Source: Geotalea uraniireducens Rf4
GTDB taxonomy: Bacteria > Desulfobacterota > Desulfuromonadia > Geobacterales > Geobacteraceae
Assembly: GCF_000016745.1 (NCBI RefSeq)
Contig: NC_009483.1
Span: 2,490,001-2,522,000 of the forward strand
Length of the DNA stretch: 32,000 nucleotides
Direction: 5' to 3'
Shown here: piece by piece, positions 1-10,322 of the stretch
Layout of the letters: every line of letters starts with the position of its first letter
Numbering within the stretch: the stretch's first letter is position 1
Translations under genes and position numbers: made by a program
Notes under the pieces: generated by a model
The model's database searches: none
Seen by the model: only the letters and a program-made list of their open reading frames with translations
What the model was told of the DNA's origin: nothing

Positions 1-142
1 TGCTTTTCTCAGGCTCGCCAAGAAAAGAGGCCGGACCGGTGACCGAAAACAGTGCCCCGATTCTTATGGCGGGAGCAGCCAGCGCCGAAGTTACGGAAAA
101 CATCATTACAATGCCCAGTGCGAATAATACGATTTTCCTCAT
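1..142 (-). CDS. ABC-transporter periplasmic substrate-binding protein (LivJ/K-like), N-terminal fragment running off the window start
   Basis: Reverse-strand ATG at 142-140 is preceded by AAAGGAG. Translation is MRKIVLFALGIVMMFSVTSALAAPAIRIGALFSVTGPASFLGEPEK: a signal peptide, then the IRIGxxFxxTGPxxxxG opening typical of branched-chain amino-acid binding proteins. Too short in-window to appear in the ORF track. Confidence 0.5.
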   Translation of the reverse strand, partial: MRKIVLFALGIVMMFSVTSALAAPAIRIGALFSVTGPASFLGEPEKS

Positions 143-167
143 AGCAAGCTCCTTTGATAACAGGTGG

Positions 168-599
168 TTACATACTGTAAAGTCTTTCACCGGCAAGGAC
201 ATTGAAACCGTTGTCAAGCAAAGCTTTTATCGCTTTTTCGGTTTCATCGAATCGAAAGATAATAACCGCATTTTCACCGCAACGTTCAACGAAAGCATAC
301 ATGTATTCGACGTTTATGGATTTACTGTCAAGCGCCAGGAGGATTTCCGAGAGTCCGCCGGGGCGGTCGGGAACCTCTACAGCGACGACTTCGGTTTTGC
401 TGACCGTAAAGCCCTTTTCTTTCAGGACATTATTCGCTTTCTCCCGGTCATTGACGATCAGCCGCAGAATGCCGAAATCAGAGGTGTCGGCGAGGGACAG
501 GGCGCGGATGTTGATGCCGGCCTCTCCCAGGATGCGGGTCACCTCCGCCAGACGGCCTGACTTGTTTTCAATAAAGATGGAGATCTGTTCTACCTGCAT
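168..599 (-). CDS. ACT-domain protein (tandem ACT), partner of the PaaK/IorAB cluster
   Basis: From ORF 168..635, with the start moved to ATG 599 (AAGGGGG Shine-Dalgarno just upstream). Two ACT-like halves: [26 protein letters not shown] and [26 protein letters not shown]. Confidence 0.85.
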   Translation of the reverse strand: MQVEQISIFIENKSGRLAEVTRILGEAGINIRALSLADTSDFGILRLIVNDREKANNVLKEKGFTVSKTEVVAVEVPDRPGGLSEILLALDSKSINVEYMYAFVERCGENAVIIFRFDETEKAIKALLDNGFNVLAGERLYSM

Positions 600-624
600 G
601 ATTGCCCCCTTTAAAAGCCATTTC

Positions 625-1929
625 TTAAGAATCAATAGTTCGGTTGTCTATTACTCTTTTGGCTTTACCTTCACTGCGCATGATGGTTTTCGGCTCTACC
701 AATCGCACCTTGCATGTTACTCCCAGTAAATCCTTGATCTCTTTCTCGATGGTATGTGACAAGGCCTGAAGATGTTTGACCTCATCGGAAAAGATGTTTT
801 CGTCCACCTCTACCTGTACCTCAAGGATGTCCAGGTTTTCCTTCCTGTCGACAATCAGCAGGTAGTGGGGTTCTACCCCTTCGATACCCATCAGAATTGA
901 TTCGATCTGCGACGGGAAGACGTTGACGCCGCGGATGATGAGCATATCGTCGCTGCGGCCACTCATACGGCTAATCCTGGCATGGGTCCTGCCGCAAACA
1001 CACGGCTCATAGGTAATGCTGGTGATGTCCCTGGTGCGGTAACGGAGCAGCGGGATTCCTTCTTTGGTAATGGTAGTTATAACCAGTTCCCCCTTGACTC
1101 CGGGAGGGAGAACCGCACCACTGTCCGGGTCGATGATTTCGGGGATAAAATGGTCTTCCCAGATATGCAATCCCTGCTTCGCTTCCTGGCACTCAATGGC
1201 TACCCCGGGCCCCATTATCTCGGATAGCCCGTATATGTCGATGGCGGAGAGGTTAAGCTTTGCCTCGATTTCACTTCGCATGGAGTCGGACCATGGTTCT
1301 GCCCCGAAAATACCGACACGCAGGTTGAGCCCCTTGAAATCGATACCTTCTTCCCTTGCCGCCTCGGCCATATAGAGCGAATAGGAGGGGGTGCAGGTGA
1401 GCACGGTCGAACCGAAGTCCTTCATGATCATGATTTGTTTCTTGGTGTTTCCGCCGGACATGGGAATAACCGATGCCCCCAGCTTTTCGGCGCCATAGTG
1501 CGCGCCCAAACCGCCGGTAAAAAGACCGTAACCATAGGAATTATGGATGATGTCCCCCTTATGGGCGCCGGCAGCGACGAACGAGCGGGCCATAAGTTCG
1601 GACCATGTGTCGATGTCTTTCTGTGTGTATCCGACCACCGTCGGTTTGCCGGTAGTGCCGGATGAGGCGTGGATACGGACGATGTCCTCCATCTTTGCCG
1701 CAAACAGTCCGTAAGGATAACTATCGCGCATGTCCTGCTTGCAGGTGAAAGGAAGCCGCTGAAGATCTGCCAGAGATGTGACCTGTTCCGGTTTGATACC
1801 AGCTTTGTCAAGGGATTGGCGATAAAACGGGACGCGGGAGTAAACACGCTCCACCATGGCCTTGAGCCGTTTCAACTGCAATGCTTCAAGGGCCGGCCTG
1901 GGGAGGGTTTCAAACTCTTCGTTGAACAT
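625..1929 (-). CDS. paaK: phenylacetate-CoA ligase family (aryl/indoleacetate-CoA ligase)
   Basis: 434 aa. Adenylate-forming motifs [17 protein letters not shown] and [16 protein letters not shown]. The N-terminus [18 protein letters not shown] is typical of PaaK-type ligases. Confidence 0.9.
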   Translation of the reverse strand: MFNEEFETLPRPALEALQLKRLKAMVERVYSRVPFYRQSLDKAGIKPEQVTSLADLQRLPFTCKQDMRDSYPYGLFAAKMEDIVRIHASSGTTGKPTVVGYTQKDIDTWSELMARSFVAAGAHKGDIIHNSYGYGLFTGGLGAHYGAEKLGASVIPMSGGNTKKQIMIMKDFGSTVLTCTPSYSLYMAEAAREEGIDFKGLNLRVGIFGAEPWSDSMRSEIEAKLNLSAIDIYGLSEIMGPGVAIECQEAKQGLHIWEDHFIPEIIDPDSGAVLPPGVKGELVITTITKEGIPLLRYRTRDITSITYEPCVCGRTHARISRMSGRSDDMLIIRGVNVFPSQIESILMGIEGVEPHYLLIVDRKENLDILEVQVEVDENIFSDEVKHLQALSHTIEKEIKDLLGVTCKVRLVEPKTIMRSEGKAKRVIDNRTIDS

Positions 1930-1992
1930 TTTGAGGAAACCTCTCTGTTAAAAGAATTAGGTCTGGTTAAACGGGGGGAACGATATGCTTAA

Positions 1993-2574
1993 TTATGCGC
2001 CGTTTCTACCGAGATAGAATGCCTTTTTATTGATTTCCAGCGCCTTGGAGGGCGCCATTTTTTCTATGGCCGCCAGCCAGAACTTTTCATCAATGTCAAG
2101 TTGCTTTGAAAGTGCGCCAATCAACACCGTGTTGGCGGCTTTGGGGCTTCCGGCCGAGTTGGCCAGCTCCACCCCGTCAAGCACGACGCAGTCGGGAAAA
2201 GACTCCCTGATTTTGTCGACCAAGCCCGCAGGATAAGGCTCTCTACCTGTTGAAACGATTGACGGGTTAATTTTAAGGTCGTTTACTACCACCTTGCCTC
2301 CCTTTTTCAGGAGCGGCAGGTAGCGATAAGATTCCAGCAGCTCGAAACCCAGCAGTATGTCGGCTTCCCCTTCGGGAATGATGGGGGACTGTACTTCTTT
2401 GCCGAAGCGGACATGGGAAACGACACTACCCCCACGCTGGGACATGCCGTGAATTTCGCTCTTTTTCACGTCAAAGCCCGCCTGCTTCAAAGCTTCAGAT
2501 AGAATTTCCGAGGCAAGAAGCGTCCCCTGCCCTCCTACACCGACCATGAGTACATTGATAATTGTGCTGCTCAT
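1993..2574 (-). CDS. iorB: indolepyruvate:ferredoxin oxidoreductase subunit beta
   Basis: 193 aa. The VGVGGQGTLLASEIL N-terminus matches the 2-oxoacid:ferredoxin oxidoreductase gamma-like fold. 4-nt overlap with upstream iorA. Confidence 0.9.
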   Translation of the reverse strand: MSSTIINVLMVGVGGQGTLLASEILSEALKQAGFDVKKSEIHGMSQRGGSVVSHVRFGKEVQSPIIPEGEADILLGFELLESYRYLPLLKKGGKVVVNDLKINPSIVSTGREPYPAGLVDKIRESFPDCVVLDGVELANSAGSPKAANTVLIGALSKQLDIDEKFWLAAIEKMAPSKALEINKKAFYLGRNGA

Positions 2575-4322
2575 TTTTTTGCCTCAATTGCGTTAAGTTT
2601 ACAGACCTGCTCACAGACATTGCAGCCCGTGCAGAGCTGTGGGTCGATAAATGCCTTTCCCTTTTTCCCATCCGCCTGCCAGATAATGGCCGGACATCCC
2701 AGTTTCAAACAGGCCTTGCAGCCTGCGCAGAGTTCAATGTCAACCTTAACCCCAGCGCCATTCTCGTAAACCCCTTCCCGCTTGATAAGTACACAGGGAC
2801 GCCGTGTAATGACGACTGACGGTTCAGGACGTTCCATTTCCTCCTGAAGAACCTGCTTCGTTTCGTCGATGTTTAACGGATCGACAATCCGTACATTTTT
2901 AACACCCAACGACCTCACCAGTTGCGGCAGATCGACTTTAAAAGTCTCATCTCCCACCAGGGTAAAGCCGGATGCCGGATTTTCCTGTCTGCCGGTCATG
3001 GCGGTTATGCGGTTATCAAGGATTATCACCGTAGCGGGCACGTTGTTATAAACCATGTCCAAAAGCCCGGTAATCCCCGAATGGAGGAAGGTGGAGTCGC
3101 CGATAACGGCAACGACCTTTTTCTGTTCTTCAGTGGAAAGCACCTTGGTGATTCCGATGGCGTTGCCGATGCCGGCCCCCATGCATACGCAGGTGTCCAT
3201 TGCAGAAAGCGGCGGAAGGAAGCCGAGGGTGTAGCAGCCGATATCGCCCATTACGTAAGCCTTGAGCTGGTTCAGGGTATAGAAAATACCGCGATGAGGG
3301 CATCCAGGGCACATGTTGGGCGGTCTGCCCGGAAGGATGTCAACCCTGGATCGTGCCGGTTCCGGCAGTTTGAAGGCTTTACGCAGGATCCCCGGGGTCA
3401 GCTCACCGCAGATCGGGATGATCTCCTTGCCGATCACCTCGACCCCCATTGCCTTTACCTGTTCTTCGATAAAGGGGTCAAGCTCTTCGACAATATATAG
3501 CTTTTCAACCTTCCCGGCAAATTCACGGATCAACTTGTCCGGCAACGGATAAACCATGCCGAGCTTTAACACCGATGCTTCCGGCAGCACCTCTCGCACA
3601 TACTGATAAGGGATACCGGAGGTAATGACGCCGATTGACCTGTCCCTCAGTTCCATCCGATTAATGGTGAGCGTATTGGCATACTGCTGCAGTTTGAGTG
3701 TGCGTTCCTCGATAAAAGGGTGACGGACCCTCGCATTGCTCGGGAGCATGACGAATTTTGCAGCATTTCTCGTCAACTTGGGTACCGGTAAGCCGGCAAC
3801 CGGTTCTTCCAGTGTGACGATGGACTTACCATGGGAGGTGCGGGTTGTGGTACGGAGCATGACCGGTGTGTCAAACTGTTCGGAAATGGCGAATGCAAGT
3901 TTGGTGAAATCTTTACATTCCTGGGAATCAGCAGATTCCAGCATCGGCACTTTGGCGAATTTGGCGTAGTTGCGGTTGTCCTGCTCATTTTGCGAGGAGT
4001 GCATTTCCGGATCGTCAGCGCTGACAAGGACCAATCCGCCATTGACACCGGTATAGGAAAGGGTAAAGAGTGGGTCGGCAGCAACATTGACCCCCACATG
4101 TTTCATGGTGACCAATGCTCGGCCACCGCCAAAAGAAGCGCCAATCCCTACCTCAAGCGCTACTTTCTCATTTGGAGCCCAAGACGCGTCGATATCCTTA
4201 TATTGAATGATATTCTCAAGGATTTCTGTTGATGGAGTACCGGGATAGGCGCTGGCCACCTTTACCCCTGCTTCAAAGGCGCCGCGGGCGATGGCTTCGT
4301 TGCCGGAAAGAATTTCCTTCAT
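2571..4322 (-). CDS. iorA: indolepyruvate:ferredoxin oxidoreductase subunit alpha
   Basis: 583 aa. TPP-binding region GDIGCY...GDSTFLHSG. C-terminal two ferredoxin-type clusters, CAGCKACLKLGCP and CTGCNVCEQVC. Confidence 0.92.
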   Translation of the reverse strand: MKEILSGNEAIARGAFEAGVKVASAYPGTPSTEILENIIQYKDIDASWAPNEKVALEVGIGASFGGGRALVTMKHVGVNVAADPLFTLSYTGVNGGLVLVSADDPEMHSSQNEQDNRNYAKFAKVPMLESADSQECKDFTKLAFAISEQFDTPVMLRTTTRTSHGKSIVTLEEPVAGLPVPKLTRNAAKFVMLPSNARVRHPFIEERTLKLQQYANTLTINRMELRDRSIGVITSGIPYQYVREVLPEASVLKLGMVYPLPDKLIREFAGKVEKLYIVEELDPFIEEQVKAMGVEVIGKEIIPICGELTPGILRKAFKLPEPARSRVDILPGRPPNMCPGCPHRGIFYTLNQLKAYVMGDIGCYTLGFLPPLSAMDTCVCMGAGIGNAIGITKVLSTEEQKKVVAVIGDSTFLHSGITGLLDMVYNNVPATVIILDNRITAMTGRQENPASGFTLVGDETFKVDLPQLVRSLGVKNVRIVDPLNIDETKQVLQEEMERPEPSVVITRRPCVLIKREGVYENGAGVKVDIELCAGCKACLKLGCPAIIWQADGKKGKAFIDPQLCTGCNVCEQVCKLNAIEAKK

Positions 4323-4475
4323 GGAAAAAACACCTTCTTGTTAAACAAAATAAGGGGATCGCTCCCCGTAAAAGTGCCAAAAAATATACAGAAAGAAGCC
4401 GGTCAAGTCAACTGCTTTTAGAACGCCGATACTGTTTTATAGAACGAGGTTTCAATGTTTATCCGTTGCTATCTA

Positions 4476-4503
4476 TTGACAAAAGGCAATTATCAGCTAT
4501 TCA
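4476..4503 (+). promoter_or_regulatory. candidate sigma70-type promoter for the cytochrome c gene
   Basis: TTGACA (4476-4481), 16-nt spacer, TATTCA (4498-4503), about 35 nt upstream of the start codon. Pattern match only. Confidence 0.3.
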
Positions 4504-4536
4504 TTTTGATAGAAAATGAAACTATCGGAGGATTAT

Positions 4537-4854
4537 ATGAAAAAAGTTACTTTAATGTTTCTAATGCTCTTTGTATCAGCTACAATTTCTTTGGCCGCTG
4601 AAGCACCGTCTGTAGACCAGGGCAAAGAGTTATTTGAAAGCACAAAACTGGGGACGAATGGAAAAAGCTGCTCGACGTGCCATCAGGGAGGGAGAAAATT
4701 GGAGTGGGCAGCTACTTATGACGACGAAAAACTGGCAAATATTGTTAATTCCTGCATTCAAAAGACTTTGAAGGGACAGCCGCTTCCCCCCGATTCAGAC
4801 AGCATGAAATCTCTGCTGTCATATATACACACCTTTGCCGGGCCGGGCAGGTAG
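4537..4854 (+). CDS. small secreted monoheme c-type cytochrome
   Basis: Start moved to ATG 4537 (GGAGGA SD 6 nt upstream). Signal peptide MKKVTLMFLMLFVSATISLAAEA. Single CXXCH heme motif (CSTCH). Confidence 0.75.
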   Translation: MKKVTLMFLMLFVSATISLAAEAPSVDQGKELFESTKLGTNGKSCSTCHQGGRKLEWAATYDDEKLANIVNSCIQKTLKGQPLPPDSDSMKSLLSYIHTFAGPGR

Positions 4855-4918
4855 CCAGTCGCAAGAGGAATTATCGAATGGGGGGATTCAGCACATGCTG
4901 CATCCCCTTCCGCATTTG

Positions 4919-5830
4919 TCAGTCTGCCAGTAACAAGCCTTCGAGCAGTCCGAAATCGCTCACCTTTATCCGATTAAAACCAAATATTTTCATGGTGTTG
5001 ATGGTTATCAAGATACCGGCTATTATCAAATCCTCACGTCCCTTTTCAAGTCCTGTTATTTTCAGGCGTTCAGCCGGCGTCAACGGAAGAAGGTCCGCAT
5101 AGATATCCTCAATTTCCGCCAGCGTCATCGTATGATTGTTGACCTTCCGGTAATCATAATCAACCATTTTCAGATTTATGGCTGCAAGAGTCGTTGCTGT
5201 CCCCGCAGTGCCGACGAGGGTTACTTTGGATATATCATGCATCAGACCCAGTCGCTGCATCTCTCCCGTCAGAAGATCAAGCTCCCTTTTTACCTTATCA
5301 GTCATGGCTTCGCAGGTTATTTTCCCTTCGGTAAGCCTTACAACACCAAGAGGAAGGCTCCGGGTGAACAAGGGGGACTCTCCGTGCGACAGGGTATATT
5401 CGGTACTGCCGCCACCAACATCAAAAACGAGAAAATCTCCGATCTTGTCATCGATACCCGCCAGAACGCCGCGCAAAGTAAAGAGCGCCTCTTTCTCGCC
5501 ATCGATAACCTCAAGCTTGATGCCTGTTTCGCGGAAAACCCGCTCACAGAAGATATTACCGTTGACGGCATCGCGCACCGCGCTTGTCGCAACGGCCCGA
5601 ACATTATTTACTCCGTGGAGCCTGATTTCGCCGGCGAAATCTCGCAATGCCTCGATCGATCTTTCGGCGGCTTCCGATGATATGCCGGCATTCTGAGAAA
5701 ATCCACCCCCAAGCCTGGTAATGTGCCGTTTTAAGAGTACCGGAATGAAGGAATCGTTATCGCCTATTCCCCCGATTAATAAACGTGCGGTATTTGTTCC
5801 AAGGTCAATAGCTGCGTTCAGTCGAGACAT
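4919..5830 (-). CDS. Ppx/GppA-family phosphatase (short form, N-terminal ASKHA domains only)
   Basis: 303 aa. AIDLGTNTARLL and VFDVGGGSTE phosphate-binding motifs of the Ppx/GppA actin-like fold. Start overlaps the stop of the upstream transporter gene by 1 nt (TAATG). Confidence 0.85.
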   Translation of the reverse strand: MSRLNAAIDLGTNTARLLIGGIGDNDSFIPVLLKRHITRLGGGFSQNAGISSEAAERSIEALRDFAGEIRLHGVNNVRAVATSAVRDAVNGNIFCERVFRETGIKLEVIDGEKEALFTLRGVLAGIDDKIGDFLVFDVGGGSTEYTLSHGESPLFTRSLPLGVVRLTEGKITCEAMTDKVKRELDLLTGEMQRLGLMHDISKVTLVGTAGTATTLAAINLKMVDYDYRKVNNHTMTLAEIEDIYADLLPLTPAERLKITGLEKGREDLIIAGILITINTMKIFGFNRIKVSDFGLLEGLLLAD

Positions 5831-7515
5831 TAAAATTCCTTTTCAATCTCAATGATGGTAAGGGACATCTGGGCAATTTTAGTAAATGCCGCGATAATAT
5901 CTCCGTAAAGTAATCCTGCAACAATAGTGCACTTACCGCTGTGAAGACGTTTAATATGATTCTGCTGTAAGGTTTCATGCGCCAAATTGATTGCATTCAT
6001 TTTCTCTTTAGCGCTGGCGGAATCCGCAGTCGTTGTTGATTCTTCGCATAGGGAGTTTACAGCTAATGTGACCATTTCAGCGACTTGAGCGGCAAACGCT
6101 TTGATTTCTACCATGGCGGCACTGGAAAAACGGAGTTTTTCTTCCTTTTTACGCCGCATGTATTCCATTATAGCCTCACTTTGATCACCGATATGTTCAA
6201 GTTCATTAATAATCTGGATCATTGTCGGGATTTCGACTGCGTTTGTCGACGGCAGCGGCTGCCTGGAAAGGGTAATCAAAAAACTCGAAATATCTCGTTG
6301 CAAGACATCCAGCAGTTCTTCCCGTTGCTTTATGCGATTAGCGCTACGAGCATTAAAGCTGTGAAACTGTTCAACCATCTCGTGGTACATCGAGCCGGTA
6401 ACCGTCGCCATCCTCTTTATTTCGTTACGGGCCTGCAAAAAAGCAATGGTCGGCGTATTAACAACCCGCAGATCAATAAATTTAGGACGGGGCTCAACAT
6501 CGCTTTCACCATCCTTTCCTGGAAGTATCACTGTTGCTGACCTGGCAAAAAAACCGATGAGCGGAAGGAAGATAAGGGCGCTCAGAATACTGAATACCGT
6601 GTGTGCGTTAGCCAAATGTCTTGCAATGTATGGTTTTGTTTCAGAAGCTAGGGGAGCGATGGCGTATGTGTGGAGGGTTTGAACGGTGAAATCGGCTTCT
6701 CCAGGAGAAAAAACCTGAACAAAACGCAGAAATAGCGGGAATGTGATTAAGACAAGACCAATAGCTACGCAATTAATGACGATATATACAAGAGCCGTCC
6801 TTTTTGCAGCCAGAGTGCCATTGATAGCCGCAATGGCAGCTATCAGCGAGCCACCGAGCGATTCACCTACAACCATAGCAACGGCGGAATCGAAATTCAG
6901 CAGTCCGCTGCTGGCAAGGGCGATGACAATACCGATTGCTGCGCTGCTGGATTGAATCAGAAACGAAAGCAAAGCTCCCAGTATAACAGCAGATATGCGC
7001 CACGATAAAAATTGCCGGCTTAACCCGTTAATTAACGTGTTTTGTTTCAACGGCGCAAAGCCTAATTCCATTATGTGCAGACCAAAGAAGACTAGACCGG
7101 CCCCAAGCAATAGCGTCCCTATGTTTACCCATCTTCTTCTGCTACTGAAACACCTTAAAATCACACCGATGAATATTGTTGGTAAAGCGAAGAAAGAGAT
7201 TTTAAACGCGATGAATTGTATTGCCAGGGTGGTGCCGATGCCGGTACCGAGGAGAACACCTAAAGCCTGATACAGAGAAATGAGGCCGGCATTTACAAAC
7301 CCTACAACAAGGATGGAAGCGGTGCTGCCGGATTGAAGCAATGAGGCAAGACAGCTCCCCATGAGAGCTGCGGTCAAGCGGTTGCCGGTGATTTTTTCAA
7401 GGGAGTGTCTAAGACGATCACCGGCTAGCTTCTGAAGGCCCTCGGACATGGATTTCATGCCAAGGATGAAAAGGCCCAACCCTCCAAGTGCCTCCATGAG
7501 AAATGAGAGAGGCAT
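5830..7515 (-). CDS. Na/Pi cotransporter family protein with C-terminal PhoU-like domain
   Basis: 561 aa. The N-terminal two thirds are polytopic (GLFILGMKSMSEGLQ, QSSSAAIGIV repeats typical of NptA-type transporters). The helical C-terminal third is PhoU-like. Confidence 0.85.
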   Translation of the reverse strand: MPLSFLMEALGGLGLFILGMKSMSEGLQKLAGDRLRHSLEKITGNRLTAALMGSCLASLLQSGSTASILVVGFVNAGLISLYQALGVLLGTGIGTTLAIQFIAFKISFFALPTIFIGVILRCFSSRRRWVNIGTLLLGAGLVFFGLHIMELGFAPLKQNTLINGLSRQFLSWRISAVILGALLSFLIQSSSAAIGIVIALASSGLLNFDSAVAMVVGESLGGSLIAAIAAINGTLAAKRTALVYIVINCVAIGLVLITFPLFLRFVQVFSPGEADFTVQTLHTYAIAPLASETKPYIARHLANAHTVFSILSALIFLPLIGFFARSATVILPGKDGESDVEPRPKFIDLRVVNTPTIAFLQARNEIKRMATVTGSMYHEMVEQFHSFNARSANRIKQREELLDVLQRDISSFLITLSRQPLPSTNAVEIPTMIQIINELEHIGDQSEAIMEYMRRKKEEKLRFSSAAMVEIKAFAAQVAEMVTLAVNSLCEESTTTADSASAKEKMNAINLAHETLQQNHIKRLHSGKCTIVAGLLYGDIIAAFTKIAQMSLTIIEIEKEF

Positions 7516-7533
7516 AGGAGTTATTCTCCGTTA

Positions 7534-8172
7534 TTATTTTTCAATTTTAAATGGGAAAGTAAAATCGGGCGCAGCCGATTTAGCGGTTCCTTTTTTATAT
7601 ACAAGTAATTTGACACCTTTTTTACCGCTAAGGTCAATCTTGAAGTAAACAAGACCAGCAACCTTCGCTTTTGGAATAATGATTCCGTTTGCAATGGCTT
7701 TTGTGTATATATCCTGAGGGTATACTTCATAGAAATAGGGAAGTTGAGAGTTGAAAGTATTATAAAATGACGATTTTTCATAATCTTCCATATAATAAAA
7801 ACCGACGTATGGATAGGGTATCAAATAATAAGAATCTTTGGAGATAATTTCTTTAACCTTTTCCGGTGTCAAGGGGAAATACTGATTTCCATCACTGTCA
7901 ACGAGCAGAAATAAATCAGAGTCTAATGGCATCTCATTGTTACCCTGATTCTCTATCAAAACAGAAAATGCAGAAACAGTTCCTTCAAGATTATATGTGT
8001 AAAGTTGTGTATCGGCGCTAGATACTGTGATGGAAATGCTGTCTTTTGTCAGTGTCTGTGAGTTGTCCTTAGGATTTACGACACCCGATTCAACCGGTAC
8101 CGGTACAACTTTGAGTGAGCATCCTGTAACGAAAAATAACAATATCGCAAAGGAAAGAAATGACTTTTTCAT
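7534..8172 (-). CDS. lipoprotein of unknown function
   Basis: 212 aa. Signal peptide with lipobox MKKSFLSFAILLFFVTGC. Beta-rich, Tyr-rich mature part. No family recognised. Confidence 0.7.
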   Translation of the reverse strand: MKKSFLSFAILLFFVTGCSLKVVPVPVESGVVNPKDNSQTLTKDSISITVSSADTQLYTYNLEGTVSAFSVLIENQGNNEMPLDSDLFLLVDSDGNQYFPLTPEKVKEIISKDSYYLIPYPYVGFYYMEDYEKSSFYNTFNSQLPYFYEVYPQDIYTKAIANGIIIPKAKVAGLVYFKIDLSGKKGVKLLVYKKGTAKSAAPDFTFPFKIEK

Positions 8173-8207
8173 ATAATTCCCCCTTAGACTACACTGAGAT
8201 CATTAGA

Positions 8208-8636
8208 TTAAATTTTAATTTCCGAAAAATCATTCGCATACAACAAAATACGCACGGATTGGCGATTGCCTTTATCTACAGTATCATCTTGTGCCGCAAT
8301 ATACAAGTCAAGTCCCAGCTTATGTTTTATCCGCAAATATTGTTCAACTTCCTTGGCAAGATACAGCGACTTTTTCACCTTTTCATCTTTGCTGTTGGAG
8401 GGCGCAAAATAACCTTCTATTCTGACCACCTTCCCTTTCCCCAACATGATTAATTTGGGAACCAATGCATCAAGGTTATGCATGGCACGACCATCGGAGT
8501 TCAAGCTGCCTGTGCGAAAACTTATCTCTCCAATCTGTTCGCAACCTTCAGGAAGTGACTGATTGTCTCCCTGGGCGTATGTGAGTGTACACCAACCCAT
8601 TAATACAAGAAAACACACAATTCTAAACCGTTTCAT
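8208..8636 (-). CDS. secreted protein, possibly a degenerate OmpA-C-like domain
   Basis: 142 aa. Signal peptide MKRFRIVCFLVLMGWCTLTYAQG. VRIEGY...SLYLAKEV...NRQSVRILL loosely follows the OmpA-C pattern without the canonical peptidoglycan-binding residues. ATGA overlap with the upstream ompA-family gene. Confidence 0.6.
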   Translation of the reverse strand: MKRFRIVCFLVLMGWCTLTYAQGDNQSLPEGCEQIGEISFRTGSLNSDGRAMHNLDALVPKLIMLGKGKVVRIEGYFAPSNSKDEKVKKSLYLAKEVEQYLRIKHKLGLDLYIAAQDDTVDKGNRQSVRILLYANDFSEIKI

Positions 8637-10195
8637 CTGTTCCCCTTTGGAACGAGAAAGAGGACTTCAAAGCGACGGTTCATTCTTCTCCCATCAGTGG
8701 TGGAGTTGTCGGCGATTAACTTTGATTTTCCCATTCCTTTAACAAAGACGCGAGTCGGGTCTATGCCTTCTTTGATGATGAGATAACTGGCAATAGCAAT
8801 TGCACGCTTAATCGAAAGGTCCATATTGTAACCAACTGAACCAATACTGTCCGTATGACCATCTATACGTAAATACAACCATGTTTTATCAGTACGTGCT
8901 TGCTCGGCTACTTCCGACAAGGCTTTCTTCACTTCGTTCGACAACTCGATCTGGCCAAACTCAAACATAATATCCGGGAATCGGAACTTCCGATACACCG
9001 ACATTTTTTGTGAAATCTGCGTTGGCTTGGCATTCGAAACTTCAATATTGTCTCCCTTGACTTCGATCCCATAAAGTGGGGTTACCCCCTCCAAACTGGA
9101 CTCAGCAACAGGGTTTAATTCAGTCGCAATCTCAGCCTTCGGCTCGACGGGAATTTCACTTTCCAACTGAATCACCTTGGCTTCTCGGGGCAGCAACGGC
9201 ATAACAACGGGAGTCGAAACAGGTTGAGAAGGTATTGTTATCTGCCCGTAAGGCTTTATGACGATTTCTTCCTTGTCTGGATCGACCGGTATTTCTAATT
9301 TACTGGCCGGTACGATTGGTACAGCTGTTTTTATTAATGATGTGATCGGAATAATTTTGACCGGTTTTACTATTTCCTGTTTTTTATTTTTTTCATCATT
9401 CTCCGAGGCAAGCTTAGGAACCGCTTTTATATAGTTACCTATCCCCTGACAGGTAGAAAATCCGACGAGTGCCCGCCAATCGGGGCTAACAGAAGTAAGG
9501 CCGAACCCACCGGCTAAATTAAGCGTGAGGTGTGGTGAGATATAGTATTGGAGACCGACAGATCCCTCGACAGGGTAATCTGGAACATTGCTGCCGAATG
9601 GATTAGCTGCGTTCTTGCCAAAAACTTCCACAATTAATTTAGTTCTGGGGGTAGCCATATATTCAACACCGCCGCCATAAAGCAGTTCGTTATCGTAGGC
9701 ATTGCCGCCCGGGGCAAGGTAGCCGCCATAAAGATGGATTCCCACCCGATCCGTCTTTAATGAAGCTATGAGGCGTCCCCCCACATCGTTGATACCGTCA
9801 ACAGCTTTGTCTTCAGAAACATGCCGCTGAACAAATACATCCGCAGCAAGCTTTAGATTTGAATTCCTTTTTCCCAAAAATCGAATTTTAGCCCCTAAGT
9901 CGGCAGTACCTCTGCCCGAAGCATCTTCCTGGCCATTGAAAAGCAAGTTCGGATAGGTGCCATAAAATTCCAAGAAGGAACCCATGCCAAGAGTTACAGT
10001 TGCTGGCAGAATAGTAGAGTTTTTATTACCGGTGTTGCTGATATTACCCCAGATGCCAACACATATGTTTCCGGAATCCAACGTGTCGGCGGAAGGAACA
10101 TTGATAAGACCGGTGGCGCCGGTTTGGGTAGGGTTAGCGAATGCCAGCGAGGCAGGGATAATTATAGATAAAATCAATAAAATTAATATTTTCAT
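8633..10195 (-). CDS. OmpA-family outer-membrane protein (N-terminal beta-barrel, Pro/Val-rich linker, C-terminal OmpA/MotB peptidoglycan-binding domain)
   Basis: 520 aa. Signal peptide MKILILLILSIIIPASLAFA, then alternating beta-barrel-like sequence. Linker PVKIIPITS...PVVMPLLP. C-terminal motif IDGHTDSIGSVGYNMDLSIKRAIAIASYL...NRRFEVLF. Confidence 0.85.
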   Translation of the reverse strand: MKILILLILSIIIPASLAFANPTQTGATGLINVPSADTLDSGNICVGIWGNISNTGNKNSTILPATVTLGMGSFLEFYGTYPNLLFNGQEDASGRGTADLGAKIRFLGKRNSNLKLAADVFVQRHVSEDKAVDGINDVGGRLIASLKTDRVGIHLYGGYLAPGGNAYDNELLYGGGVEYMATPRTKLIVEVFGKNAANPFGSNVPDYPVEGSVGLQYYISPHLTLNLAGGFGLTSVSPDWRALVGFSTCQGIGNYIKAVPKLASENDEKNKKQEIVKPVKIIPITSLIKTAVPIVPASKLEIPVDPDKEEIVIKPYGQITIPSQPVSTPVVMPLLPREAKVIQLESEIPVEPKAEIATELNPVAESSLEGVTPLYGIEVKGDNIEVSNAKPTQISQKMSVYRKFRFPDIMFEFGQIELSNEVKKALSEVAEQARTDKTWLYLRIDGHTDSIGSVGYNMDLSIKRAIAIASYLIIKEGIDPTRVFVKGMGKSKLIADNSTTDGRRMNRRFEVLFLVPKGNR

Positions 10196-10322
10196 TATGA
10201 ATTATTAGTTTCGATAAGGTTATTGTATAAACGGCTGGCAAAAAGCGCAAAATTTCAATACATAATCAGAGATTACATTCCGTCATTCAACGTGACAACA
10301 GCTCACCTCTATCGGAATAACC

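Noticed and set aside
39-729. Plus-strand ORFs 39..560 and 202..729 (173 and 175 aa)
   Set aside because: They are antisense to the clearly recognisable ACT-domain and PaaK genes. Their composition is low-complexity, Ser/Arg-rich and typical of shadow frames, and no motif is present.
5132-5696. Plus-strand ORFs of 182 and 172 aa inside ppx, and similar long antisense ORFs inside cydA (31154..31885), the rlmD gene and iorA
   Set aside because: Each is antisense to a gene with strong family motifs. None has an SD or recognisable domains. These are typical shadow ORFs in moderately GC-rich coding DNA.
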